Notes under the pieces: model-generated
Seen by the model: the letters and a program-made list of their open reading frames with translations, nothing else
Told to the model about the DNA's origin: nothing
Databases searched by the model: none
Source: the human T2T-CHM13v2.0 reference genome, Homo sapiens
DNA length: 64,000 bases
Reading direction: 5' to 3' (one strand)
Assembly: GCF_009914755.1 (NCBI RefSeq)
Contig: NC_060932.1
Position numbers and translations under genes: made by a program
In this document: positions 13,901-27,119 of the stretch, piece by piece
Layout of the letters: each line of letters opens with the position of its first letter
How positions within the stretch are numbered: the stretch's first letter is position 1

Positions 13901-15352
13901 ATGATCCAGGTTTAAGTAGCAGCTTCAACTACAAAATAATGAGCATATGACATTGATAATGTTCATTAACTTTATCTCCCTATCTGTAGTTTCATTTAGG
14001 ATTTCTATTCTGTAAGTCTGATTTTTTGGTAAGCTTTTACTTTCAAGAAATCACAATTTGTAATTAAAATAATTCAAAGCAAAATGAAAATATCCATCTG
14101 TTTCTTGTGACTCATCATCCTTTACAATGTCAGCTCTCTGTAATTCCGCCAGTTCACAACTTCAACTCAGCTGCTTTAATTCATTTCTTTCTAAAATTTA
14201 GAGGGGCAAAATTTCATCTCCCTAAATTGTATTTGTTAAATGTATATGTAATGATGTCAAAATAAGATCTTCTTTGTACCCTAGTGTAAAATATTATGGG
14301 AATAATAATGGAATTTCCTGTTTTATTTTGTGTAATACAAACACAACTTCTAAATGTTTCTATGACAGGAATCTGAGTCTTAATATGGTTTGGGGATTAT
14401 CTATATTCTCTTTAGTGTTGCATAATTATACATTATTGGTATTTTAATTTTAAAAACAAAAATAATATGCTTATGATATGTGCAAATATTAAGTAATAAA
14501 GAAAATATTCAAAAGGATAAATATGGATTAAAAGTCAAGATATTTAAAAGCTAGGGATAATGATCATAATACTTTCCTTTAAATTGATAAATTACATATA
14601 AAAACAAAATACAAATTTATACTTACAACCATGTAAAGTAAATCTCCATAATTAAAATACAACCTCCAAAGCATGGTAGAATTTGAATTAACTAAGAGAG
14701 AAGTATTTTTCTTTTTTATCTACTAATTCCCAGTGATTCTGACATTTCACTTGTTTTCGGAAAGTACATTTTGATTTACACATAAAAAAATTGCTTAGTG
14801 TAGAAATTTTATTAAAGCTGAAGCGTAATATTTAATTTCTGTGGTCATTTTTCTTGTGATATGTTTCTTTCTTAAATTATAGCCGCAATATGGAGAACAT
14901 TTCCTACCAGAAAGATACAAAATTCTTTATTCAACGGGTGGTAAAATTCATAAACCCAGTCTAATCAGTTATATGCGGAGACAAAAGTTAAAGAATATTA
15001 GGCTAACTAGCTACTTTTAAGAGCTAATATAAGACAAGTAATATCTGGTTCTGAAATGTCATGTAAACCATATGGCCTTTGCAAAATAATTAACTCATGT
15101 GAAATTAGAAGTTTCCTTTCAGGTGGACAATTTGTTTTTCACATCAAGCAGGAACAGAACCTTCTGCCCTATGTGAAAAAGCAGGCAGGGAGCCTGGTGT
15201 CCAGAAGGAATTTCTTTCATCAGAGTTTGAGACGCCAGAGTGAGTTTGTTGCATAGATCCATTATTACCTAGTTACTTTAATAATGGAGGTTTGGACACT
15301 TGATCATTCAATGAAAACACCAAGGAGATGTACCAGGGAACAGGAACAATGA

Positions 15353-15799
<447 letters not shown>

Positions 15800-16059
15800 G
15801 AATTTTTTAACTGAATGGAATTTATAACAACCCACTATAAGATTAATACATGTAAACATGTTGATATTTTCTGTGCCTCAGTCTTGCATCATCAACATGT
15901 TTCTATACAGGAAAATATTCATTAGAAAAAATGATTCAGTTTATTTTTTCTATGTTATAGTCTTAATATTAGGCCTCTAGTATCTTCATCATTGTTCAAA
16001 CTGAATATTAAACACAATCTTCAGTAGTCCCAACCATGTATCTTATTACATAAAAGATT

Positions 16060-16547
16060 TACCTAAGAGTCAGGGTCCCTAAGAATAGAGATGGAATATT
16101 TAATGGGTTAATTTAAAAGGCTTTTTGTAAAGAGATAATTTGTTAGTTCTGCAAATTCATGGATAGTATTAACAGAAACCAACAAGGGACCCACAAAGCA
16201 CTCCAGAGGCAAAAGACGTGAACAGTCTCTTTTCTTCAGGTGCAGAGGGGCAAGGGAGGGAAAGTGTGGTTATGGCTTGAGAAGGGGCTATTCCACCAGA
16301 GCTGCGTCTGGAGTAGAACCATGCACTGCACATGCGGAAACAGCAGGAGGGGGCTACCAGCATCGCCCTCTCAGTTTTGTCCCGCACCTGCCCTTTGTCC
16401 AGTATACTCTGAGGACTGAACCTCCCTGGCACAGAGAGAGGAAGAGAGCCCAATGATGCCGTCCTCAAGGCCAGACTCCAAGGGCACAGAGTCGTGGAGA
16501 GACACAACAAGGAAGCTTGAAGCAGCAAATGAAAATTGGCCAGCACA
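16060..16547 (-). mobile_element. LTR33-like solo LTR (ERVL)
   Basis: Reverse strand begins tgtgctggccaattttcatttg...ctctgtgccc...gcatcattgggctctcttcctct, resembling the remembered LTR33 5' end; left boundary approximate. Confidence 0.65.
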
Positions 16548-17399
16548 ATGAGAAACTGACGATGCTGAAATTACTTGTGCAAATATTAATATCTTACTAG
16601 TAAGTCCAATCTAAATTTATTGAGCAACTCTTAAGCTCCTGCATTATTAACCAAAGCTACGGCTAAAAAGTGTTTTAAAAAAATTAATTACACTAATATG
16701 TGAAAATTATTATTTATATATCTAGCTCAGTATGCGTTTCTTTTTATACTTACTTTAAAAGAACACTAACCATGAAATAGACTTGTCACCCCTGTGCCTT
16801 ATCTTCCAAATTAGGCACAATAAAAGAGCTCATCTCATCATGAACTAAGCAATACTGCAATCCTGTATTTTGACTGTAAGACACAGCAGTCTCTTATAAA
16901 CCACCAATAAATAATAACAATCATTTCTCATTACTTAGAATTGCATTCCATACTTTAAAAAAGATGCTTTAGACATATTAAAGCACAGATATTTTTGTCT
17001 TATATCAGTTTGGTACAAATAAAACAAGGAACATTGAAGCAAAATGAACATGCATTTCTAAGCCATTTTAACATTCAGTGTCCAAAGCTGTTCTACTAGT
17101 TTTTGACTCAGTGGTGAGACCAGATTTAAGGTTTGATAGAGGGATGTCCTATTAGTGTCTACTGTAGAGCTTTCCACACTTTTAAACACTTTCTACAAGT
17201 TCTAAAGCTGGTGCTTTTTGAACTTACCAAATAGTGTGTATAAAAAGTTTTAGGATAAGAATCAGGACTTCTGTTCTTTATTGCGTGGTTCTCAAGTGAC
17301 TATTGCACCGAAATACTGCGAAGTTGAAGTTCTATATTCCTGTCACTGGAAAAAGTAATGTGGCAATGACACTGACGTCTGATTAACCCCGACCAGCAG

Positions 17400-17492
17400 C
17401 CACTGTAAGATGCCATCAGCAGCAACTACACCCCAATTTCAGGGACACCAAAATGCGGGAGAAACTGAACATCTCTGAATTGATAGCATATA
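17400..17492. mobile_element. MER104-like DNA transposon fragment
   Basis: tgtaagatgccatc...ccccaatttcagggacaccaaaatgcg...gaattgatagcatatag resembles a MER104 terminus. Confidence 0.55.
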
Positions 17493-18254
17493 GATCGTGT
17501 GACAAACAATCACCTATGAATAAAGGCTTCGGTGCTTCATATCCTTTTAATAAATAATACGTGCACTGACGGTTTTCAAAATAAACCCAAGATTCTAGAG
17601 ACAGTATTCCAAAGAGTGCAAGATGTCACCGTTCTTTCTGATTGTACTTGAATAGCTAATGTTTATCAGACACTTCAATTAACATCGCAGGCAATGATAA
17701 TGATCTAAATCACTGATCTCTGTTGTTTCATTTAACCTCAGGATAATGCCATGAGTTCCTCCACTTTGCAGATGAGCAAACACAAATCACTTGTCCATGG
17801 TGCCATGTTAGAGAATGAAGTGAAACCAGAAACCAGGTCTAAGGACTACAGACCCTGAACATTCCAGAACAACTTGATAGAAAGTTATATTCATGTTTCT
17901 TGGTATTTTACATTTTAAAAATATTCTAAGATGACCATCTATTTTAGCTTCTCTTCTCATATAATCTATTTTTTTCTTACTGTAATTAGATGACTTTCTA
18001 AATTTATTTGTAATAATCATGGGTAAAATAAAAACCTGGAAAAAAGTGCTTACTTTTCAACCCATGTGTAATTAGTAACTTTCCTAAAATAATTCCAGAA
18101 AACTTTGTCTTTGCCCTTTTAGTAGCTGTCAATGTGTATGGAACGAAAGCCTCAGGTAACCATGTGGTCCTATTCTCTCTTCTTTCAGGTAAAGTGCCAA
18201 GGATATTTTTCTTATATTTTGCCAAGTCACCTGATCTGAACCCAATCTAAGGTG

Positions 18255-18885
18255 TTAAGATTATATATACATATAATATATGTATATATTATACACATAT
18301 AATCTTAAGATTACACACATATAATCTTAAGATTACACACATATAATCTTAAGATTATATAATCTTAAGATTACGCACATATAATCTTAAGATTATATAA
18401 TCTTAAGATTACGCACATATAATCTTAAGATTATATAATCTTAAGATTATGCACATATAATCTTAAGATTTTCTATATAATCTTAAGATTATATGCACAT
18501 ATAATCTTAAGATTATCTATATAATCTTAAGATTATGCACATATAATCTTAAGATTATGCACATATAACCTTAAGATTATATATGTATCTTATTACACAC
18601 ATATAATCTTAAGATTATATAATCTTATTATACATATATAATCTTAAGATATATATAATCTTATTATACACATATAATCTTATTATACACATATAATCTT
18701 AAGATTAAATATATCTTATACACATATAATCTTATATATATTACATATATTATAAATATATAATCTTAAGATTATATGTCATCTTTTTAAGGGCTTATTA
18801 AGGGCTTAAGATTATATATAATCCTAAGATTATATATATATAAACATATATTCATAATATATAAAAATATAATCTTAAGATTACA
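18255..18885. repeat. AT-rich palindromic minisatellite (core ATAATCTTAAGATTAT, 16- and 22-bp units)
   Basis: About 20 CTTAAG-centred palindromic cores separated by short acac/gcac/at linkers. Confidence 0.97.
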
Positions 18886-18955
18886 TATGTTATATTATAT
18901 ATGTTATATATGTTATATATTGTGTTAAAATTATATATATCTGTGTGTGTGTATA

Positions 18956-19009
<54 letters not shown>
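18886..19009. repeat. Compound (GTTATAT)n / (TG)n / (TA)n / (CA)n microsatellite
   Basis: Directly visible, abutting the palindromic array. Confidence 0.9.
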
Positions 19010-19819
19010 TCTTGAGAGAAAATTTAAAGTTAATTCTCCCTTATGCAAATTTCAGATTTCTTCAACCATTATCCCAAACAAGTACAATGCTCTTGTCTTT
19101 TCTCCATTGCCTGCTTCACTAATTACTCCCATCTCAGGAACACAGCATGTCCCAGACTCACTCTGTAGAACATTTTCCTGAAAAAAACAAACAAAAACAA
19201 AAACCTAAAGACTTTACCTCCAACAACATCTTAAAAATGAAACTGTCTAATTGCAAAAAAGACTGAAGGAGCCCTTAAAATGATGTGCTCTCTGTTGTTT
19301 TTCTCTTTGCAAGGAGAGAAATCTTAATCAAAACCACAATAAGAAGCGAAAATGGAAGGTGTGGTCAAACTATGCTCAGGGTCTCCCTCCTGGCACCTTA
19401 GTCCTCAACTCATCTCCAGCTGGGTCCAGCTTAAAACCTTGATCAGTGATTAGAGCTGGAGGAGTTTATAGCACCAGAATTCAGAAGTGCCCAAGGCAGG
19501 AAGAATTATTTCGTCCCTGTGGTTATAAATTCTATAGTTCAGGGATTATGCACTATAAACTCATGTATATTTCAGGACCACATCCATTATTTCTAAACAT
19601 AATAATGATTTAAAATAAAGGGTTATCACAAGAGTGTGAGATAGCATGGCATTTGGACTCATGGCCAGAGGTAAAATATTTAAATATTTTAAATAATTAA
19701 TATCTTTTCCCAAAGAGAGGGTTTATCTATTTCTGATGTTAAGCATTATTCACTACTCATAATTCAGAGGATGGATGTATTTCTACATGCAAAAGGCAGG
19801 TACATTTACTTCATATTTT

Positions 19820-19952
19820 ATAATAGTTTGTTTATTTAGCAAATATTCACTATTAACTCGTATGTGGAGGTCCCTAGGCTTGGGTCCCTGAAAACACGAA
19901 AATAAGGGTTTTTTTTTTTTTTTTTTTTCTCCAGGGCTTACACTCTATTGGG
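19820..19952 (-). mobile_element. L2 3' fragment with internal poly-T
   Basis: tttatttagcaaatattcact...ccctaggcttggg...ctccagggcttacactcta has the pattern of the L2 3' region. Confidence 0.45.
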
Positions 19953-20900
19953 TATATTTCTACTGTATAATGATTTCTAAATAATAGCTTTATGCTGGTG
20001 AAAATGAATAGAAAATGTGATTATTGTATTCATCTGAAGATATCTGTGGAGGGCCTGCTATCTCCCAGACTTGTCTTAGACTCCCAATTTTTTTAAAAAT
20101 GCTCATCTCATGGAGATTATATTCCTGTGCATGAGTGATGGACAATGGTACACAAATGTGAAAATATAAAAACCTGTAAGTCAGATGACAATAGTGCAAA
20201 GAAGTACAAAGACAGGAATAGGAAGTGCTGGGAAAGAGTAATGCTACATTTTTACGCCAATAAAAATGGTCGGATGGGTTAGATAGGTTGAAGAGCTTGG
20301 GGAGACTCTTTAGAGCATCGTAGGTGTAATACGTTTTAATCTTAATTGGCATAAAAATATAAAACACATAAAATAGTCATGAATATACTTTTACAATCTA
20401 GAAATGTATTTTTTTAAATCCCTGGAGAAACTGGGGACCAAACATTTAGAAATAATTAAATATAGAGCTTGAAATTTACCAAGGCTATATGAAGAAACAG
20501 CCTTGTATCTTACATAAGATACTGAGAGAAAACCTGTTTAATCCAAATCTAAAAAAACAAAACAAAACAAAAGATAAAAGATGCAGACGTTCAGCGTACT
20601 GTAATTCATTTTTATTGACTAAGAAGTGAATGTTAAACGGTATTAAGGAAAAACAGACATCAGTTGCTGGGCGTCCGCAAGCTAATACTTTATTCAGTTA
20701 ACCAAAGTTACATTCAGGCCATTTTTGCTTCTATAGCTGTTAAACCCCTCACATATGATCAATTTATAATGCTAAATGTTGTTATTTTAATTTTAGATGT
20801 TTAAAATTCCTGTAAGGCTAAGATAGCCTGAAATTGAACTTGACCTTTCAAAAGTTCACACTAGGGTTTGGATTTTGACTACTTTCTGCTACTGTTTTAG

Positions 20901-20982
20901 CATTAACCCGGAGCCATCGGTGATCGCCTCTGTGTTGGAAGATCATTCAATGGCACCACTAACGATTAAGAACCAACATCCT
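20901..20982 (+). other. Candidate exon of an unidentified transcript
   Basis: Acceptor ttttgactactttctgctactgttttag; 4 CpGs retained; donor CCT|gtgaga (or GAG|gtgata after 20989); one open frame INPEPSVIASVLEDHSMAPLTIKNQHP, not recognised. Confidence 0.25.
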
Positions 20983-21667
20983 GTGAGAGGTGATACATTT
21001 CAAAAGGATTTTCAGTGAATTATATAATTAAATTTGATTTCTGAATATGCCATTATATAAACATTGCTGGTGGTCCTGCACTTTAAAACAAGAAAATTTA
21101 TCGAATGTTTTAAAAGTATATAATCAGAAAGGTTTTTATTAGCAAAGGAAAATAAAAGGCTAGGTGACGGATTACCTGAAGAGTGAATATGGTGAAGAGG
21201 TGCTAAAATGTAGCAAACGCTTGTTTCCCTTCAATAAATTGATTTTATATTGAACTCAAGCATCACTACCAGTACATGCTAGCCTCTCTCTGGTGAAAAC
21301 CCAGGGTATAAAGGACCTGGAGAACATCCCAGGGCACTGGGGACATATTCAAAAATGGTATAGAAGAAAAGTTTAGAAAAACATAATTTTGAGGAATCTG
21401 CCTTAGTTAAATGAAGTTTCCAAAATAATGCCAATCTTTGCTTCCTGTTTCTGCAATTAAAACTAAAAACACATACATTAAAAGGTAAGAAGTTACAATA
21501 ATAATGTTTGATTCCTTTACTGTTATTCTCAGTTGTCCTTTCATTCAAAAACGCTCCATGACATCAGTTTACTGTAATAGTTTTTATTTACTGTATTTGC
21601 TTTGAATCCAAGAATACCATACTAGACACTAGACTGTTATACAAAGTTGTGAATAATTCCCTATACA

Positions 21668-21800
21668 GGAAATTACTTAGTGAGTACAATGTATATTATT
21701 TGAGTAATGGATACCTTAAAAGCCCTGACTTGACCTATATACAATGTACACATGTAGCAAAATTGTACTTGTACCCAATGAATTTATGTAAATTTACAAA
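21668..21800 (+). mobile_element. L1MA/L1PB-type 3' end fragment
   Basis: gagtacaatgtatattatttgagtaatggatacc..aaaagccctgacttgacc...atgtagcaaaattgtacttgtaccc matches an L1 3' UTR terminus. Confidence 0.8.
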
Positions 21801-22020
21801 TATTGATACACATATTTAATGTTAACCATATGCAAACGTTATAGAACATCACAATTTAGTTTTAATACAGTTCTAAGAAGTTATTTCATTTTCATTTACA
21901 TCTTCAGGCTACTCTGATACTAAATCAAGTATTTTCTTCCAACTAGATGTTAAGAAATTAATGTTAAAGTGATATTTGTGCTTTTGAATAAATTTATTTT
22001 GAAGAATGTGTTTGTAAAAT

Positions 22021-22050
22021 ACATGTACCCTAGAACTTAAAGTATAATAG
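22021..22050 (+). mobile_element. Ultra-short L1PA 3' terminus (~30 bp)
   Basis: acatgtaccctagaacttaaagtataata matches the last bases of L1PA elements. Confidence 0.7.
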
Positions 22051-22850
22051 AAAATTATTTCTGGAAATACTGGTATAATTCTTTAATTAGACTTAAATGA
22101 GTAAATTTTACATCATATATATGTATATATACACACATAAATACATAAACACACAATACATATATATGTCATATATAATAGAACAATGAAAGTGTTGCTT
22201 TGCAGATCTACTGATGTTAAATTTGCCATTTAAAAAGCAGAATAAAAGAACTGTAGGAAATAAATATTCTCCTGTTAATCCTATTTCTTACTTATGATAA
22301 TATAAGGAGGGAAGAAGGTGATAGAATACAGAAAACATTAAAAGATCTTGCCAAAACAGATCGTGCTTTTCTTCAAAAAAGAAACGTTGTAAGAAATTTA
22401 TAGGAGAAAATATACTTTTGCCAGGTAATGTAAGTCATCAGAATAAAATAAGACACTGTAAATATTTAAATTTAAAACCGTCGGATAAGATAAAGTTTTT
22501 CTTCACCCCCATCACCCCCAGAGAACGCACTTTTTAAATAATTACTTCCAAGAGGGGGTTTTTACTTGACATATTGTAAGTGTCTGAAGTGATTGTAGAT
22601 AACCAGTCGTCTCAACATGAGAGAGGTGATTTTCAGGATTCCTACAGTCTTTCAAAAAGCCACTAGTAATTGGTTCTTTAATTCAACAGATACTTACTCA
22701 ATAGCCATCATGTGGTAGACACCTTGTAAGTGCTGAGTATATTGCAAAGAAAAATCAGTTTCTAGCTTCTCATAAAATTTAAAGTCTACTTTCAGAAATA
22801 TGCCCCATATTGGCCAATATTTTTGTATCATATCATATATCATACACTAT

Positions 22851-23143
22851 CTTTCTTTTCTTTCTTTGAGATGGAGTCTCATTCTGTCGCCAGGCTGGAT
22901 GCAGTGGCAATCTTGGCTCACTGCAACCCCTGACTCCCCATTTCAAGCGATTGTCACGCCTCAGCCTCCCGAGTAGCTGAGATTACAGGTACGTGCCACC
23001 ACGCCCGCCTAATTTTTGTATTTTTAGTACAGATGGGTTTTCACCTTCTTGGCCAGGATGGTCTCGATCTCCTGACTTCATGATCCGCCCACCTCAGCCT
23101 CCCAAACTGCTAGGATTACAGGTATAAGCCACTGCGCCCGGCC
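22851..23143 (-). mobile_element. AluSc-like
   Basis: Full dimer; ggccaggatggtctcgatctcctgac; TSD catacactatctttc / cagacactatttttc. Confidence 0.97.
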
Positions 23144-23516
23144 CAGACACTATTTTTCAAGTTATAAATACTATTTGTTGATAATAGCTATTAGAATTTC
23201 TGTCCTTTGTAGAAAGCATAAATCTACAAGTTTGTATAAAGAGGCCACAAAGAGTGAGAGGAAGAACTTCTCATACATGTCAGAACATCTGGATTTAGGA
23301 TTTGATTTGCCCATTTGCTAATTAGGTAACATCAGCTGAGTGCTTTTGACTGCATAGTTTTCTTTGATAAAAACAACAACAAAACAGACAATTTCCTTTT
23401 TGCCTATCTCACAGAAGGTGTGTAATGTTCAGTTTTGATAATGTATAAAGTCGTTTGTAAACACAGAGCTTTCTGCATCTAACATATTTTCCTACACTTG
23501 GGCACAGATGGGGAAA

Positions 23517-25305
23517 TATGAGGGGACCTCAAAAAGTTTGTGGAAAAATAATATTAAAAGGTAAAAATAAAATATATAAACTTTATTTCTCAATATATGC
23601 TCCATCAACCTCAAGACACTTTTGTAAGCGATGATGCCAGGCATTCAGTCCATCCCTAAAGAACTGAGTGTCCTTGGAATTTAACTACATAAATACAGTC
23701 TTCTTAACGTTATTAACTGAAGGAAATGTCCTTTACAGACTTTTTTTTACATTTTATTATTATTATGCTTTAAGTTTTAGGGTACATGTGCACAACGTGC
23801 GGGTTTGTTTCATATGTATACATGTGCCATGCTGGTGTGCTGCACCCATTAACTCGTCATTTAGCATTAGGTATATCTCCTAATGCTATCTCTCCACACT
23901 CTCCCAACCCCACAACAGTCCCCGGAGTGTGATGTTCCCCTTCCTGCGTCCACGTGTTCTGGTTGTTCAATTCCTCCCTGTGGGTGAGAACATGCAGTGT
24001 TTGGTTTTTTGTCCTGGCAATAGTTTGCTGAGAATGATGGTTTCCAGTTTCATCCATGTCCCTACAAAGGACATGAACTCATCATTTTTTATGGCTACAT
24101 AGTATTCCATGGTGTATATGTGCCACATTTTCTTAATCCAGACTATCGTTGTTGGACATTTAGGTTGGTTCCAAGTCTTTACTATTGTAAATAGTGCACT
24201 ATAAACATAAGTGTGCATGTGTCTTTATAGCAGCATGATAAGATTAGGAAACAAAAAGAAGTCAGAAGGAGCCAAATCAGGACTGTAAAGTGGATGTCTA
24301 ATGAGTTCCCATTGAAACTCTTGCAAAATTGCCCGTGTTTGAGGAGAGGAATGAGCAGGAGCATTGTTGTGATGGAAAAGAACGCTCTGGGGCGGCTCTC
24401 CTGGGTAGTGGTCTGCTAAACTTTTGGCTAGTTTGTCAAAACAATCTCATAATAAGCCAACATCATCATTCTTTGGCCCTCCACAAAGTCAACAAGCAAA
24501 ATGCCTTGAGCATCCCAAAATACCAGTGCCATGACCTTTATACTCAACTGTTATGCTTTTGCTTTGACTGTACGACTTCCAGCCCTTGGTAGCCAATGCT
24601 TTGATTCTGTTGTGTCTCCAGGATGGTACTGGGAAAGATATGTTTTATCTCCTGTAACAACTCTTCAGAGACCAGAATGGTCCAGGATCTTGATGCCACT
24701 TGCATAAGATCTCTATTGAAAGCTCTACTCTTGTTTGAAGCTGATCTGGGTGCAATGTTTTGGAATTCACCAAGTGGAAAGTCTGCTCAATTATTATTTT
24801 TTAGTCAAGATTCTATAAGCTGAACCAGTCATCATGTCTGTGGCACTGGCTGTTTTCTGCTGTTAACTTTCAGGCCTCTTCAATTAGGGCATGGACCAGA
24901 TTATTATTTTTCTTGCAAATTGATGTGCATAGTCTGTTGCTGTGGGTTTCATCTTCACTATCATGTCCTGCCTCCTTAAACCTAGTTATCTAATTGTAAA
25001 CTCTTGATTTTGCCAGGGGGGTTCATTGTCCCCATAAACTTTTCAGAAAGCATCGGTGATTTCACCATTCTTCTGCCCAAGCTTCACCATAAATTTGTTG
25101 TTCTCACTTCAAGTTTATTAGAATTTATGTTGCTTTGATAGGGGCTCTTTTCAAACTAATGCCTTATCCTTCTTAGTGCCTCAAACTAGATCCTGTTCAG
25201 ATATGTTAGAACAAGTTAATATGAGTTTATTTTGGTACAAATATTTTTTGAAATCCCTAATTTTTTCATTAGAATTTTCCACAAACTTTATGAAGACCCC
25301 TTGTA
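23517..25305 (-). mobile_element. Hsmar2 mariner DNA transposon, full length, inactive, interrupted by L1PA
   Basis: Terminal inverted repeats ta-tgaggggacctcaaaaagtttgtggaaaa (23517) and ttttccacaaactttatgaagaccccttg-ta (ends 25305) with TA flanks; minus-strand transposase motifs VTGDKT (~24645), HHNNA (~24365) and YSPDLAPSDFFLFPNL (~24240-24287). Confidence 0.95.
23741..24239 (-). mobile_element. L1PA (L1PA3/4-like) 5'-truncated 3' end inserted in Hsmar2
   Basis: ORF2 C-terminal remnant WNQPKCP..WIKKMWHIYTMEYY.AIKNDEFMSFVGTWMKLETIILSKL (ORF 23967..24218), 3' UTR and poly-A (T-run at 23741). Confidence 0.97.
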
Positions 25306-26353
25306 TAGTTCATCATGTTCATTATGTAGAAGCAAGCTATCTTGCTAACAAAAAAACAGTTTATGGACTTAAGGCCAATTGCCAGGTGGAACTTGAGGGG
25401 TACCTAATAAAAAACAAAGCTTTAAATAGATGCAATGAAGGCCCAAAAGAAAAATGTAGTGTTTTAGGTGATGGTCTGGGAAAATAGGTAAGAGATATCC
25501 TTGGAATGGTTTTCCTTAACTCATTAGCTAATAACTGTAAAAATAATAACAATAATAGTGATTCATAGTGATAATGTATCAAGGGGTTATACTATTCAGG
25601 CACTAGTTGAAAACCTTTATATATGTGATTACTTTCATCCCATAGTGAAGGTGGTTTTATCACACATATCGTGCAGACAAAACAGCAGTCTGTGAAAATG
25701 TAAGCTACTTGACCACAGTAGCGTGCTTGCATGTAGGAAGTCAGATTAAGAGACCGTCTTGAAAGTCAGGTTTCCGCCTCTCTCTCACCCCTATACGATA
25801 ATGCACCGTAAGGGGATTCTCTCCTATGTTGTTGTGTTTTTCTCTGACACAAAGGTCAAAACTAATAGCTGATTAATGTTCAAAAGCATTCATCTCTACT
25901 AAACTGGTGTGTATGTGCCGTGTTTTCAACACTCTTTTCTTCTCATTAAGTCATTTAGTTTTTTACTGACCCCAACTGAGTCCAGGTAGAGTTGGCACCG
26001 TCAGCCCCTCTACAAGCCAGAGAGTGAAGTCACAGGGTCCTAGTGACCCTGTGTTTTCCAGGACTAGCAGGCAGGACCAGCAGTTTAAATGTTGGCCTCC
26101 ATGCTGATTCATATTAACTCAAAAGACAGATTTTTTTTTTCTGGAAAATGCTGCTTCCCTTTATGCATGAAACTGTGACCAGAAGTTCAGCCCTCTGTAT
26201 GTCAAATAGACACAAAATCCAAGAAAATCAGGAATGGCACTTTTGTGTTTAGGGAAAACACATACAAGGAAGTAGGTATAAAAATGATTTTACACAGACA
26301 ATTTTTGAGTAATTTAAAAGGAATTAAAATAAGGACATTATGATTTTCTCTAG

Positions 26354-26448
26354 GAACTAAAACTTCCCTCAAACATATAATAGGGCATGAATATTGTGGG
26401 CTTGCAACTGAGAATAACATCTGTTAACAGAGGCATCATCTATTTCAG
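26354..26448 (+). other. Candidate non-coding internal exon (95 nt)
   Basis: tgattttctctag acceptor and consensus CAG|gtaagt donor; stop codons in all three frames. Confidence 0.3.
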
Positions 26449-26851
26449 GTAAGTATTCTCTACTCTCATGAAATATAAAAGAAAACAAAACAAAAATAAT
26501 TATTTTTACTTAGTTATAACCTGGCACTGACAAATGTATTAAAGGAAGCAAAAATTAGCATCTTCCATCACCAAAATCTTCAAATAATTTATTAATTTTT
26601 TATTCATTGTCTCATTTATATATTGGGCAGGAAGCTTTTTTTTTTTTTTTTTTTTTTTTGAGTTCTCTGTGCTGAGCTCATGTTGATTTTCAATCTCCTT
26701 ACCATCTCTAGCACGTCTATATTCAAAGATTCTGTAAAAGGAAAATAAATTTTAAAAAATTTCTTCTCAGCAGCGTTGGTGACTGTGTGGCACCTTCTGG
26801 ACATTGTCATATGAAGAGAGTTCTACCAGAGGTGACTGGGAAGTTTTTCAC

Positions 26852-27119
26852 TTTTTTATTTTTTATTTATTTTTTTGAGATGTAGTCTTGCTCTCTTGCC
26901 CAGACTGGAGCTCACTGTCATTATCTTGGCTCACCCCAACCTCAGCTTCCTGGTTTCAAGCGATTCTCCTGCCTGAGCCTCCTGAGTAGCTGGGACTACA
27001 GGCACACTCCACTCTCCCCGGCTAATTGTTGTAGTTTTTAGTAGAGACAGGGTTTCACTATGTTGCCCAGGCTGGTCTCCAACTCCTGACTTTGTGATCT
27101 GCCTGCCTCAGCCTCTCAG
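26852..27119 (-). mobile_element. AluS, 5'-truncated
   Basis: Tail, right arm and most of left arm; ends at cctcagcctctcag. Confidence 0.93.

Noticed and set aside
18255-18885. CRISPR-like appearance (palindromic repeats with intervening sequence)
   Set aside because: Linkers are only about 0-8 bp and repetitive, not unique spacers; there are no cas genes and the context is a primate genome. It is a minisatellite.
24182-25487. ORFs across Hsmar2 as a possible domesticated transposase
   Set aside because: The listed ORFs are antisense or out of the transposase frame; a catalytic D is mutated and the gene is split by L1.
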